Position numbers and translations under genes: made by a program
Assembly: GCA_963740315.1 (NCBI GenBank)
Contig: CAVUDP010000002.1
Span: forward strand, 544,001-608,000
Reading direction: 5' to 3'
Origin: an uncultured cyanobacterium
GTDB taxonomy: Bacteria > Cyanobacteriota > Cyanobacteriia > Cyanobacteriales > Nostocaceae
DNA: 64,000 nt
In this document: one piece after another, positions 1-9,209 of the stretch
Layout of the letters: each line of letters begins with the position of its first letter
Position numbering within the stretch: the stretch's first letter is position 1
The notes under the pieces: generated by a model
Seen by the model: only the letters and a program-made list of their open reading frames with translations
Told to the model about the DNA's origin: nothing
Database searches by the model: none

Positions 1-70
1 TCAACGTAAGTCAGGTACCCATATAATAACCGGACATAAGGATTACCTTTGACAGGCGACGCTCCGATTG

Positions 71-136
71 AGAAGTCGGGTTTTTATCAAAGAAGGTATT
101 AGTATTACAGATACGTATTCTAAAAACCCGACTTCT
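71..136. repeat. 66-bp dispersed element with 16-bp terminal inverted repeats (copy 1)
   Basis: AGAAGTCGGGTTTTTA (71-86) and TAAAAACCCGACTTCT (121-136); near-identical copy at 38374-38439. Confidence 0.85.
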
Positions 137-243
137 GACCATTTTAATTAGGGTGCGCTATTTAAGCCGTGTGGTACTAGTAGGTTGAATAGAGACTTAT
201 TAAACATCCTCTAAACCAACCTACAAATTAATCGAGATTGAAA

Positions 244-801
244 TTAACCGCGAGAACCCATAGCCTTTTGAAATGCCGGACGTTCGGAAAGTTTTTTCAT
301 ATAACTGGTAACGTTTGGATATTCGCTTAAATCCAGCTTGAGCATCATCGGAATATAGTTGAGAATCGAACCGACTGCAACATCAGCAACGGTAAATTCT
401 TCACCAAGTAAGAAAGGTTGTTGCCCTAATATTTCATTCAAAGGATTCATTAGTTTAGGCATTTCTTTTTCTCTGGTAGCTTCCACAAAAACACCAGGTC
501 CCAAGGTAGCATTTGCGAACAACGACCACTGAGAATAAAGACCGCGTTCTTCTGGCGAAAGAGTTTTTTTACTATATTTATCGGCAAGATATAGCAATAT
601 TGCGCCGGATTCCCAAAGTTTGAAATCGCCATCTGCGATCGCTGGAACTTTACCCATCGGGTTTATTGCTAAGAATTCAGGCTTGAGATGTTCTCCTGCT
701 TTCATATCCAGCTTGACGAATTCGTAGGGAATTTCGAGTTCTTCTAAATACCAGTGAACAATTGAAGCGCGGCTGAAGGTTCCACCGTAGAGTTTTATCA
801 T
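244..801 (-). CDS. glutathione S-transferase family protein
   Basis: N-terminal 'SRASIVHWYLEEL', 'NPMGKVPAI...LWESGAILLYL', C-terminal 'FTVADVAV' GST motifs. Confidence 0.93.
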   Translation of the reverse strand: MIKLYGGTFSRASIVHWYLEELEIPYEFVKLDMKAGEHLKPEFLAINPMGKVPAIADGDFKLWESGAILLYLADKYSKKTLSPEERGLYSQWSLFANATLGPGVFVEATREKEMPKLMNPLNEILGQQPFLLGEEFTVADVAVGSILNYIPMMLKLDLSEYPNVTSYMKKLSERPAFQKAMGSRG

Positions 802-854
802 GGTTTTTTTAGGGTTGGGGAAGATTGATATTTTTTTATTTTACATGGCGATTT

Positions 855-925
855 TACCTGGCGATTTAATGTGCCGCACCTAGCGGTGAACGCGGCTACA
901 CAGGCAAAACCCGCCTACGCGGGTT
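855..925. repeat. dispersed repeat (GCGATT..AAT-CGCGGCTACACAGGCAAAACCCGCC family) carrying a ~20-nt internal insertion
   Basis: Related copies at 23926-24019 (reverse) and 42725-42853. Confidence 0.8.
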
Positions 926-947
926 ATGAATAGGCAGCATATATTAT

Positions 948-1151
948 TCACGATACATTTAATAGTGCCTGTTTAAATGCTTTGGCGGTTTTAAAATAAA
1001 TTTCTGGTTCTTCTATTAAGGCTAAATCAATTATTTCTGCTAATTTTTTTGGGATCTTTGTGTTGCGATCGCGAATAGGTATTGGTTTATTTCGCAATAC
1101 TTCTAAAAATATATCTTTACCTGTAAAATCGCGGGGAAAATTTCGGCTCAA
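948..1151 (-). pseudogene. C-terminal remnant of a Ser/Thr protein kinase
   Basis: 'FPRDF..KD..LEVL...PIPIRDRN..IPKKLAEIIDLAL......FKTA..FKQAL' resembles the last helices of a kinase C-lobe; no catalytic motifs upstream, where the HNH gene abuts. Confidence 0.6.
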
Positions 1152-1160
1152 AGTTAAGAA

Positions 1161-1616
1161 TTATATTGATTGCCGAGCATCTTCTTTGGGAGGATGTAAT
1201 CGGGCTTCAACCCAAAAGCCTCGCGCACTTTGGATAGAATCATCTTCTGGATAACGCTCATCGTTAAGATCGAGACGTTTGCAGGTTGCTCTACCAGTAG
1301 GTGTTACTCCAATAATTTTTCTACCATTTGCCGACCAAATAAAGTGTTGCGACCATATTTGTTGTCGAGGATTAAATAACGGTACTATTGCTTCTGTTTC
1401 CGAATCAAATCCAGCAACAAAATTGTAGCGACGCTCATTACAACGTCGGCAAGCCAAGGCTAAATTATTCGTATCATCAGAACCACCGATAGATTTAGGA
1501 AGCAAATGGTCTACTGTAAATCTAGTGGCACTAATACGTTCTGGAGAATGACAATATTCGCATAAATAATTAGCTCTTTCACGTACCAATTCTTTAGTAG
1601 CATCATCAATAGTCAT
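1161..1616 (-). CDS. HNH endonuclease
   Basis: CEYC...DHLLPKSIGGSDDTNNLALACRRCN: zinc-binding HNH signature. Confidence 0.9.
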   Translation of the reverse strand: MTIDDATKELVRERANYLCEYCHSPERISATRFTVDHLLPKSIGGSDDTNNLALACRRCNERRYNFVAGFDSETEAIVPLFNPRQQIWSQHFIWSANGRKIIGVTPTGRATCKRLDLNDERYPEDDSIQSARGFWVEARLHPPKEDARQSI

Positions 1617-1846
1617 TTTTGTGCTACTAAAATTGCATTTATATGAGTAAAAATCTTATCGAGTTCTCCAATTTCTTCAAGCTCGATAATTTCTTCTGGA
1701 GTTAGTAAATCGGCTTTCTTTCGTTCTAATAATTGTTCCATCCGCGCTTGTAGTTCATCATTAAATTTAAACAAGTGAAGATTATTTATTGTTTCTACTT
1801 TAATTTTGGCAAGTAAAGATGAAGGTCTAGCGATTACAGTCGTCAT
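1613..1846 (-). CDS. small helical protein coupled to the HNH gene (putative antitoxin)
   Basis: 77 aa; stop overlaps the HNH start (ATGA at 1613-1616); 'ARMEQLLERKKADLLTPEEIIELEE'. Confidence 0.7.
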   Translation of the reverse strand: MTTVIARPSSLLAKIKVETINNLHLFKFNDELQARMEQLLERKKADLLTPEEIIELEEIGELDKIFTHINAILVAQK

Positions 1847-1909
1847 GGGATTAGACGCAATTTGTTATGTATGTTTGTATTGTAATATTTAAAGTTGATA
1901 GCAACAGTT

Positions 1910-2027
1910 GTCATTGTTCGCTGTGCGAAGCATTCAGCGGAAGCTGCGGTTCAATGTCCTATCGGACACGCTTTGCTAACGCAAGGGCTGGGATTGCTTC
2001 GCTCCACTGCGTTCCACTCGCAATGAC
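1910..2027. repeat. degenerate GTCATTGCG...GATTGCTTCG...GCAATGAC palindromic element with nested mini-insertions
   Basis: Right arm GATTGCTTCGCT...CTCGCAATGAC matches copies at 23816-23878 and 42605-42678. Confidence 0.65.
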
Positions 2028-2121
2028 ATATTGTAAGTGATTTAGCAAATATAATATGACGGCGGAAAAAAGGGAAAAAATAAAGGATAGAGGGGAAAAG
2101 GGGAAAAGAAAAAAGGGCTAA

Positions 2122-3786
2122 TTAAGTTCTGGAGGAAGCACCACACACCACCCGAAAACCTAAGTCGCTGCTATTGGCATCGGGGCGGTTCGTGGTGCGG
2201 GCAGCAGAGCGGCAATCCTCAAGATAGCTGTACCACGAACCGCCCCGTTGCACTCGATAACGATTATCACGATTGTTTTCAGAATCTACCCACGGACTAC
2301 CATCTGTCGGCAGTGCCTGATAATCACCGCGCCAATCATCAAAACACCATTCCAAAACATCCCCATGCATATCATATAATCCAAAAGGATTCCCACAGAA
2401 ACTTCCTACATCTGTAGTTTCGTCGCGATATATACCCAAGGGTATAGAAAAAGGTGGATCGTAGTCGATATTGTAATTAACTAGATCGCTTGTAATAGTT
2501 TCACCAAAGTGGAAAGGAGTAGTAGTTTGAGCACGACAAGCATATTCCCATTCCGCTTCACTGGGTAATCGATATTCTTTTCGGGTCAATTTGGATAATT
2601 TGGTACAAAATTCTACTGCATCATACCAACTAACGCATTCCACAGGTCGCTTTTTACCTTGAAAGTAAGAAGGATTTGTCCCCATAATTGCCTGATACTG
2701 TTCTTGGGTAACTTGGTATTTGCCTATGAAAAAGGGTTTGACATTAACTTTATGTTGAGGACGTTCATTATTTTCACTTTTCTCTTCATCTTCTGGGGCA
2801 CCCATAATAAAGTTACCACCAGGAATTGCTACCATTTCTAGAGTTACACCATTACCTAAGTCTTCCTTGAAACCCTCTGCTTCTCCAAGATATTTAGTAA
2901 TTTTGAGATTTTTGTCTATTTTGGCGTATTCAAATCTAAATTTCGGAGTCGGAATTGAAAATTTGACCTGATTTGGAATCAGCAATTCCAACCACTCCCG
3001 CACCGTTTGCGTTCTTTCATGCGGTTCCAACTCCATCCCCTTAATAATCGCATCATTAACGCGATCGCTAATATCAGAATTTCGCTGTTTCGGTGACGGT
3101 AAAGGAATACCAGTTATACGAAATCTTGAAGGTAAAGGAGCTTCCCCAGTTAACAAAGTATATAAAGTCGCAGCTAAAGCATAAACATCTGTATAAGCGC
3201 CAAATTTACCCCGTCTTTCATACTGCTCAATCGGTGCATAACCTTCAGTCATCGCATTCGTCATGCTTCCGGTTTGATTCAGGTTGAATTCCCGCGCTAA
3301 CCCAAAGTCAATTAATACCGCTTCCTGCTGACTTTGACGCAAAACAATATTATTCGGCTTGACATCACGATGTAACATTCCTTGCTGATGGATGTATTCT
3401 AAAGCCGTTCCAACTTGGTTAATATACTTGAGGGCTTCGACTTCCGATAATTTACCGCGTTGGTTAATATATACGGCTAAATCTTCACCTTGGACATATT
3501 CCATCACCATTCCCCACAGTCCGTTTTCATTAATCACTTCATGGACTTTGACAATATGGGGATGGCTGCACTGTCTTAAACGAAAAGCTTCTTGAACAAA
3601 CTTTACCTGCTGTTGTTCAAAATCTACTTTGCTTTGATGAATCGGGTTAAGGGTTTTTATAGCAACAATATTATTAGTATTTTTATCTACGGCGCTGTAG
3701 GTAATGCCAAAGCCACCTCCACCTAAGACTTTTTGAATCGTGAATTTACCGTTTTGTAGTTGTTGTTTGGGTGTCCAGAGTTGCAT
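2122..3786 (-). CDS. Ser/Thr protein kinase fused to an FGE-sulfatase (CLec-fold) domain
   Basis: Kinase motifs GGGGFG, VAIK, HRDVKPNN, DFG, YAPIE; C-terminal 'YRLPSEAEWEYACRA', 'NPFGLYDMHG.V.EW', 'RGGSW...GFRVVC'. Confidence 0.93.
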   Translation of the reverse strand: MQLWTPKQQLQNGKFTIQKVLGGGGFGITYSAVDKNTNNIVAIKTLNPIHQSKVDFEQQQVKFVQEAFRLRQCSHPHIVKVHEVINENGLWGMVMEYVQGEDLAVYINQRGKLSEVEALKYINQVGTALEYIHQQGMLHRDVKPNNIVLRQSQQEAVLIDFGLAREFNLNQTGSMTNAMTEGYAPIEQYERRGKFGAYTDVYALAATLYTLLTGEAPLPSRFRITGIPLPSPKQRNSDISDRVNDAIIKGMELEPHERTQTVREWLELLIPNQVKFSIPTPKFRFEYAKIDKNLKITKYLGEAEGFKEDLGNGVTLEMVAIPGGNFIMGAPEDEEKSENNERPQHKVNVKPFFIGKYQVTQEQYQAIMGTNPSYFQGKKRPVECVSWYDAVEFCTKLSKLTRKEYRLPSEAEWEYACRAQTTTPFHFGETITSDLVNYNIDYDPPFSIPLGIYRDETTDVGSFCGNPFGLYDMHGDVLEWCFDDWRGDYQALPTDGSPWVDSENNRDNRYRVQRGGSWYSYLEDCRSAARTTNRPDANSSDLGFRVVCGASSRT

Positions 3787-4148
3787 TTTCCGTTAGGGGG
3801 TGGTTTTAAAGGATTTGAGGTTAGTCCATTATATTCACTCTAGGAAAATGCTTAGTTTTTTGATGATGTATGTGTTTATTGTTGCGGGTAATTTAATATT
3901 TATCTTAGATTTTCACCGAGTAATTTATGGTGTCGCCACATTTATCGTTGGTGCGTGAGGGTAATACCAATTTATTACCTTTTGCTTAGAAGCTTTTTGT
4001 AACCGTCACACACCCTACGCCTTACTAACTGACTAGATTAAACGCGAGGCAGAGCCTCTAATAACTGCATTCCTTGCCGGAGACAAGGAACGAGGGATGA
4101 TGTTGTAGCCCCAGACTTCCAGTCTGAGGGCGACGCGGGTATGCTCAA

Positions 4149-4613
4149 CTACAAAACTTTGTGAGTATGGGAATGCTGTTTCACGTTGTCATCTTTGTTA
4201 ACTACTCTTTGAGCGTTTAATACTCGCTTTTTCTCTATGGAGTATTCAAATTTGCTGTAGGTTTCACCTAAAAGAATTAAAGATTTTGCTTCTTGTTTAC
4301 GCTTGTAGGTGCGTGCTGCGGCAAATGCTCTTTCGCTAAAGTCGTCAACTATTTGGGCGGAATTATCCAATTCTGGTGGTTTGCGAGGTGTTTCGCCGTC
4401 TAATACGCTTCCTAATGTTGTTGCTACTGCTGATTTGTAGGAAGTGGGAATACCTTTGAATAATGATTCTAATGATGCTGAAGGAATGGGTTCGATTACG
4501 TCAACTTCATGCACTTCGCCGTCTTCTTTGATGAAGCAGGTTGCCAAACCGATGACTATGTAATCATCTGCGGCTAAGTCGGGAGCGTTGGGATAAGAAA
4601 TTGTATTTACCAT
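4149..4613 (-). CDS. conserved cyanobacterial hypothetical protein
   Basis: 154-aa ORF with normal composition; 'DDYIVIGLATCF', 'KRVLNA...DNVKQH.HTHKVL'. Confidence 0.75.
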   Translation of the reverse strand: MVNTISYPNAPDLAADDYIVIGLATCFIKEDGEVHEVDVIEPIPSASLESLFKGIPTSYKSAVATTLGSVLDGETPRKPPELDNSAQIVDDFSERAFAAARTYKRKQEAKSLILLGETYSKFEYSIEKKRVLNAQRVVNKDDNVKQHSHTHKVL

Positions 4614-4626
4614 TTGGTTGCCTAAA

Positions 4627-4660
4627 AGCAGTGAGCAGTGAGCAGTGAGCAGTGAGCAGT
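4627..4660. repeat. STRR heptamer tandem (AGCAGTG)n
   Basis: About five tandem units. Confidence 0.9.
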
Positions 4661-5047
4661 TAGAAGTTTTACGGTTAATAGATTTATAAAAGAGAATTTT
4701 CTTAACAGTTAACGTATTTTTTTGCGGAAGACTAAGCTCCTAAATCAAAAATGTACTGTCTTTATCATTGTTGACTGTTAACTGCTCACTGGTCACTGTT
4801 GAAAGCATTTTACCAGTTGATCTCGCCGTAAAAATGGGGAGCGGTTTAAATTGCAATCATTTGTTATTTTCTGGAATTGATTGTGAAGCGTTGGTATCTA
4901 TTATTAGTTCCAAACCGGAGAGTATTTTTACGCGCTCGGATATTGGAATTAACGTAACGGATGATGAATCCGAACACAGGGGCGCGACAACAAGCGCGAG
5001 CGTACTATCAATCTATTTTATAGAATTACCTACTCAGGCAGGATGAT

Positions 5048-5785
5048 ATGAAGATTCACTTATTTTCAACATTCGGTGACAAGCAAGATAATATCGGCAA
5101 ACGCGATGCTGCGAGATTTACTGCTGATGAACACAGCTATGAGGATAGTAATAGTCAATTATACGCTTACGAAGATAAAGATTTACGCTCTTGTGCTTTG
5201 AAATCGGCGAAAACAGGCGATTATCTCACCGCGATCGCTGCTTTAAATCAGTTAATTCAGCGTCATCCCGATAACGCGATCGATTACAATAATCGGGGTT
5301 TGGTTTATTTTCAAAGTGGTGAAGGGCAAAAAGCGGTTCGCGATTTTAATAAGGCGCTACGAATAAATCCCGGATTGCCTAGTGCTTATAACAACCGAGC
5401 AAATTATTATGCTGCTATTGGAGATTTACAAACAGCATTAGCAGATTATGAAAAAGCTTTAGATTTAAATCCCAGTCACGTTAGGGCGTGGATTAACCGA
5501 GGTATTACTTTACGCGATTTGAAAAAATATGGCGAAGCGATTGATAATTTTGATACGGCGCTGTTTTTTGGCAAACTAGAAAGTTATATTTTGGCTGAAA
5601 GAGGCAGATCCTACCATTTGTGGGGCGACTGGAATATGGCGATCGCCGATTATTATCGTGCTTTAGAAAAATTTCCAAGTGCGAATACAAACGATAATCA
5701 AATGCTTCGCTTGCGTTTACAAGTTGAAAACTGGTTAAGCGAGCTACTGCTTCCTACCCATCCGGAATGGGAAATCTTGGAATGA
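5048..5785 (+). CDS. tetratricopeptide repeat protein
   Basis: Repeated 'YNNRG/YNNRA/WINRG...A..D...AL..NP' TPR units. Confidence 0.88.
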   Translation: MKIHLFSTFGDKQDNIGKRDAARFTADEHSYEDSNSQLYAYEDKDLRSCALKSAKTGDYLTAIAALNQLIQRHPDNAIDYNNRGLVYFQSGEGQKAVRDFNKALRINPGLPSAYNNRANYYAAIGDLQTALADYEKALDLNPSHVRAWINRGITLRDLKKYGEAIDNFDTALFFGKLESYILAERGRSYHLWGDWNMAIADYYRALEKFPSANTNDNQMLRLRLQVENWLSELLLPTHPEWEILE

Positions 5786-5984
5786 AATACAGCTTCTAAT
5801 AATACTTTAAATTTTTAGCGTTGCTAATAGCTAATAGATGATAACTACATAGGGAACCGTCTTCATAATTAGCGACTAGTTATTAACTATTAGCTGTTAG
5901 CGTTTGAACTCTGTTTTGAGCAATGATATACCTTCTCCTAGTATTAGGATTTATCTTATGCTTAGAAGATATTTCCTCTAAGTA

Positions 5985-6392
5985 TTAAGGTGTAGATTCT
6001 TTAATTTCAGCTGGTGTTGTCTCATTCGTAAATACAATTCTTTTTTGATTGAGGGGTATTCGATTTCCCTCATGTTGCATGACACTACTAGCTTGGCGAG
6101 AGTCAAAAGTATTGCTAAATTCTGCTCTTAAACTATTGACACGTTCTTGAGCAGTCTTAACTTCAGTACGTACCTGACGTAGTTTTTCTTGTCCCGACCA
6201 ATGATGAGGTAAAAGCTGACTTAAAGCCGATACTGCTGCTGCGGAAATGGCTAAGTTAACTCCTATCTTTACTGTTGTCTCCAATGCCATAATTTGATAA
6301 GAACGTTGGCGTAGACGACGCTTTGGTCGTGGAATTGTCCGACGTTGCTGTATTGGCTTTAGCTCCTCTCTTGTCCGTTGAACTGCGTTCAT
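5985..6392 (-). CDS. conserved cyanobacterial single-pass membrane/coiled-coil protein (FtsL/DivIC-like architecture)
   Basis: Basic N-terminus, one hydrophobic segment, then a coiled coil; AAGGAGG RBS upstream. Confidence 0.65.
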   Translation of the reverse strand: MNAVQRTREELKPIQQRRTIPRPKRRLRQRSYQIMALETTVKIGVNLAISAAAVSALSQLLPHHWSGQEKLRQVRTEVKTAQERVNSLRAEFSNTFDSRQASSVMQHEGNRIPLNQKRIVFTNETTPAEIKESTP

Positions 6393-6644
6393 AATAGGCT
6401 TTACCTCCTTAAAAAGAATGGATATTTCGTAAACATCTAATAACGGCTATTTACGGTTTTCATGTGATGCCATCTTACTTCATTTTTTTCAAACTGCTAC
6501 ACTTAGAATTCTGGTGAAAAAAAATCCTGGTATTTCTAAGTGCATTCTCTTAAGTAGCTTACAACTCGTCGCTACAAGCTTCCGGAAAATACACTTAGTG
6601 TTACCAGGATTACAAACTCTACAGTCGTTTCAAGAATTAATTAT

Positions 6645-6740
6645 TTACTTGTAGAGTTCAGTTGCTAAACGCCAAGCCAAAACACCTGGAATTAATGCCA
6701 CAACCAAAGCAATATAAACTTGAGTGTCTGAAATAGGCAT
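6645..6740 (-). CDS. psaM: photosystem I reaction centre subunit XII (not in the supplied ORF track)
   Basis: Manual translation [31 protein letters not shown], a typical 31-aa PsaM. Confidence 0.93.
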   Translation of the reverse strand: MPISDTQVYIALVVALIPGVLAWRLATELYK

Positions 6741-6848
6741 ATCTGAAATCTCCCAGTTACTAAACGACAGAATACTTCGTTTTCTACTTTTCACTGTTTT
6801 ACCCGAATTGGGAAATAAGTTGTTACAACATGCAACAATTGGAATGGG

Positions 6849-7030
6849 AAAATGGGGAGATAGGGAGATGGGGAGATGGGGGGATGGGGGGATGGGGAGA
6901 TGGGGAGATGGGGGGATGGGGAGTACTTCGACAAGTCTTACAGTGAGCTACGTCGAACTGCTCAGTAACCTTTGGGGAGATGGGGGGATGGGGGGAAAGT
7001 TAGGAGTTAGGAGTTAGCAGTTAGGAGTTA
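6849..7030. repeat. STRR heptamer array (GGGAGAT/GGGGGAT, then TAGGAGT) with an embedded 47-nt nested element at 6924-6970
   Basis: Directly visible tandem heptamers; the embedded element recurs at 48503-48677. Confidence 0.9.
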
Positions 7031-7064
7031 GAAATTATTTCAAATAAACCTTTAACCTTTAAAA

Positions 7065-8324
7065 ATGTATTTAGGCATAGATTTTGGAACTTCTGGCGCT
7101 AGGGGTGTGGCGATCGACTCTGCTGGGGATATAAGAGCGGAGGTACGATACCCTTTTGAGATGTCATCTGAGACGGATTTAATAAATTCTTGGCAAATTG
7201 CTTTATTTAGTCTCTTGGAGCAACTTAACAAGGGATTACGGCGCGAAATTACCCGCATTGCTATTAACGGTACTTCCTCCACTGTGTTGCTGTGCGATGC
7301 TGCGGGGAATCCTGTTGATGCACCTCTGCTGTATAACGATGCACGAGGAGCAACGATGAGAGAAAAATTAAAAGACATCGCACCGCCGAACCATACAGTA
7401 TTAAGCGCTACTTCCAGCTTGGTAAAATTATTGTGGATGATACAGTTACCAACTTTAACAAAAGCTAAATATTTTTTACATCAAGCAGATTGGTTGGGGT
7501 TTCTTTTACACGGCAAATTAGGTATCAGCGACTATCACAATGCTTTGAAGTTGGGTTATGACGTAGAAGCGTTGCAATATCCAGAATGGTTTGCCAAACT
7601 GCAAATCCCAATTGAATTACCACAAGTGACAATTCCAGGTAATGCGATCGCTCAATTGCGATCGGATATTGCTGCTAAATACAACTTTCCTAAAGACTGC
7701 TTAGTGTGTGCGGGTACGACAGATAGTATTGCAGCATTTCTCGCTAGTGGAGCTACTTCTCCTGGAGAAGCGGTGACATCTTTAGGTTCTACATTAGTTT
7801 TAAAACTGTTGAGTCGCACCCGCGTAGATAATTCTCAATACGGAATTTATAGCCATCGTTTCGGAGATTTATGGTTAACTGGAGGCGCTTCTAATACCGG
7901 AGGTGCAGTATTAAAAGAATATTTTACTAACAACGAATTAGAAAATCTTAGCCGTGAAATAGATTTAAGCAAACCTAGCGGATTGGATTATTACCCTTTA
8001 TTAAAACCGGGAGAACGTTTTCCAATTAATGACCCTAATTTACCACCTCAACTAGAACCGCGTCCCGATAATGATGTTAAATTTCTGCATGGTTTGTTAG
8101 AAAGTATGGCTCGAATTGAAGCGCGGGGATATAAGTTATTACAAGAATTTGGTGCAGATAAATTAACTCGCGTTTATACCGCTGGTGGTGGTGCCAAAAA
8201 TCAGGTTTGGAGTGAGATAAGAAAGCAAAATTTAGGAGTTTCGGTAGTTTCTTCTACAAATACAGAAGCTGCTTATGGTAGTGCTTTATTAGCGATGCAA
8301 GGTTTACCAAATATAAAAATGTAG
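7065..8324 (+). CDS. FGGY-family carbohydrate kinase (xylulose/ribulose kinase-like)
   Basis: 'LGIDFGTSG', 'GTTDSIAA', 'SLGST', 'TAGGGAKN..W', 'EAAYGSALLA'. Confidence 0.9.
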   Translation: MYLGIDFGTSGARGVAIDSAGDIRAEVRYPFEMSSETDLINSWQIALFSLLEQLNKGLRREITRIAINGTSSTVLLCDAAGNPVDAPLLYNDARGATMREKLKDIAPPNHTVLSATSSLVKLLWMIQLPTLTKAKYFLHQADWLGFLLHGKLGISDYHNALKLGYDVEALQYPEWFAKLQIPIELPQVTIPGNAIAQLRSDIAAKYNFPKDCLVCAGTTDSIAAFLASGATSPGEAVTSLGSTLVLKLLSRTRVDNSQYGIYSHRFGDLWLTGGASNTGGAVLKEYFTNNELENLSREIDLSKPSGLDYYPLLKPGERFPINDPNLPPQLEPRPDNDVKFLHGLLESMARIEARGYKLLQEFGADKLTRVYTAGGGAKNQVWSEIRKQNLGVSVVSSTNTEAAYGSALLAMQGLPNIKM

Positions 8325-8353
8325 AGACGCGATATATCGCGTCTCTTCTCTAC
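8321..8353. repeat. GTAG-type REP-like palindrome GTAGAGACGCGATATATCGCGTCTCT
   Basis: Perfect palindrome 8323-8346; same core at 59158-59181. Confidence 0.85.
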
Positions 8354-8382
8354 ATCTAAATTCATAGGCGGATTCAGCAACG

Positions 8383-8901
8383 TTAATATTTTAGAGGTAT
8401 TTTTAAGAATTTAGATATAATTTTCGCTATTTTAAAAGATTTTTCTGGTGTTGCGAAATAACCAATATCTATATACTTCTTAGATTTTAAATATAGTCTA
8501 ACTCGATAATTTTTATCGTCATCGCTGTGGAAACCAGTTCTTTTAATCCCGATGAATTTTAGATTTTTTAAATGATATTCAGCTATATATACTTTGCGAT
8601 TAAACAAATATCTATGTTTGTGAACTAACTTATTCAAATTAATATTAATTTCAAAATAATCAGATTCGCCAGTATTCAAACGAATTAAAAATATCCCAGG
8701 AATTATTAAAAGTAAAGTAAATAATATTAAACTCAGCTTGACTTTTAGACTATAAGAATCGGACAGAATCCAAAAAAATGCTGCTAAAATAAATAAATTG
8801 ATAATTAATAAACGAAAAGAGAATTTTCTGCGATTTCTTACCTGTTTTAAATCACTTAATACCAGCAGACTAACCGTCTTTTTTAGAACTTCCATTGACA
8901 A
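8383..8901 (-). CDS. hypothetical membrane protein with two predicted TM helices and a basic C-terminal domain
   Basis: 172-aa very AT-rich ORF with two hydrophobic stretches. Confidence 0.6.
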   Translation of the reverse strand: MSMEVLKKTVSLLVLSDLKQVRNRRKFSFRLLIINLFILAAFFWILSDSYSLKVKLSLILFTLLLIIPGIFLIRLNTGESDYFEININLNKLVHKHRYLFNRKVYIAEYHLKNLKFIGIKRTGFHSDDDKNYRVRLYLKSKKYIDIGYFATPEKSFKIAKIISKFLKIPLKY

Positions 8902-9209
8902 GTAGCCTGTTTCTACTCGTAAGTATTTCTCTTGAGTTATAAACTCAGCAACTATTACCTGTCAAAATAGTACCTAAAATTATACAGTTAATTTGATACT
9001 GGGAATACGTAAATAATAATTTTAACGAATATGAGCCAAAATTTACGTAAGCTCCATTAAATAACCAGCTTAAGAGTATTTTTCAAATTTAAGATAATAC
9101 ATTTGAGACTTACGTAAGCCCCCCAAATTAGCGGGGGGTTGGGGGATTTCAACCCTTGGGATACCGCCATTTTCCTATAGTTTGCATAAATTATATGCAC
9201 ACAATAATA

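Noticed and set aside
1..66. Possible 3' end of a gene entering the window
   Set aside because: Too short to assign a frame or product
2122..3786. A complete DGR cassette in this window
   Set aside because: No reverse transcriptase, avd gene or AAC-rich template repeat seen; only a candidate target is reported
4768..5046. 92-aa ORF upstream of the TPR gene
   Set aside because: TTG start within degenerate heptamer repeats and no recognisable motif; probably promoter DNA
6724..7017. ORFs with GRWGDG or PHLPLS repeats (also 17440-17883, 27306-27494, 48384-48575, 48569-48766)
   Set aside because: Translations of STRR heptamer arrays, with no sign of real genes
8383..8901. Membrane protein as a fifth member of the mcrBC cluster
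   Set aside because: Separated from mcrC by about 310 bp containing a GC-rich hairpin repeat; no evidence of linkage beyond strand
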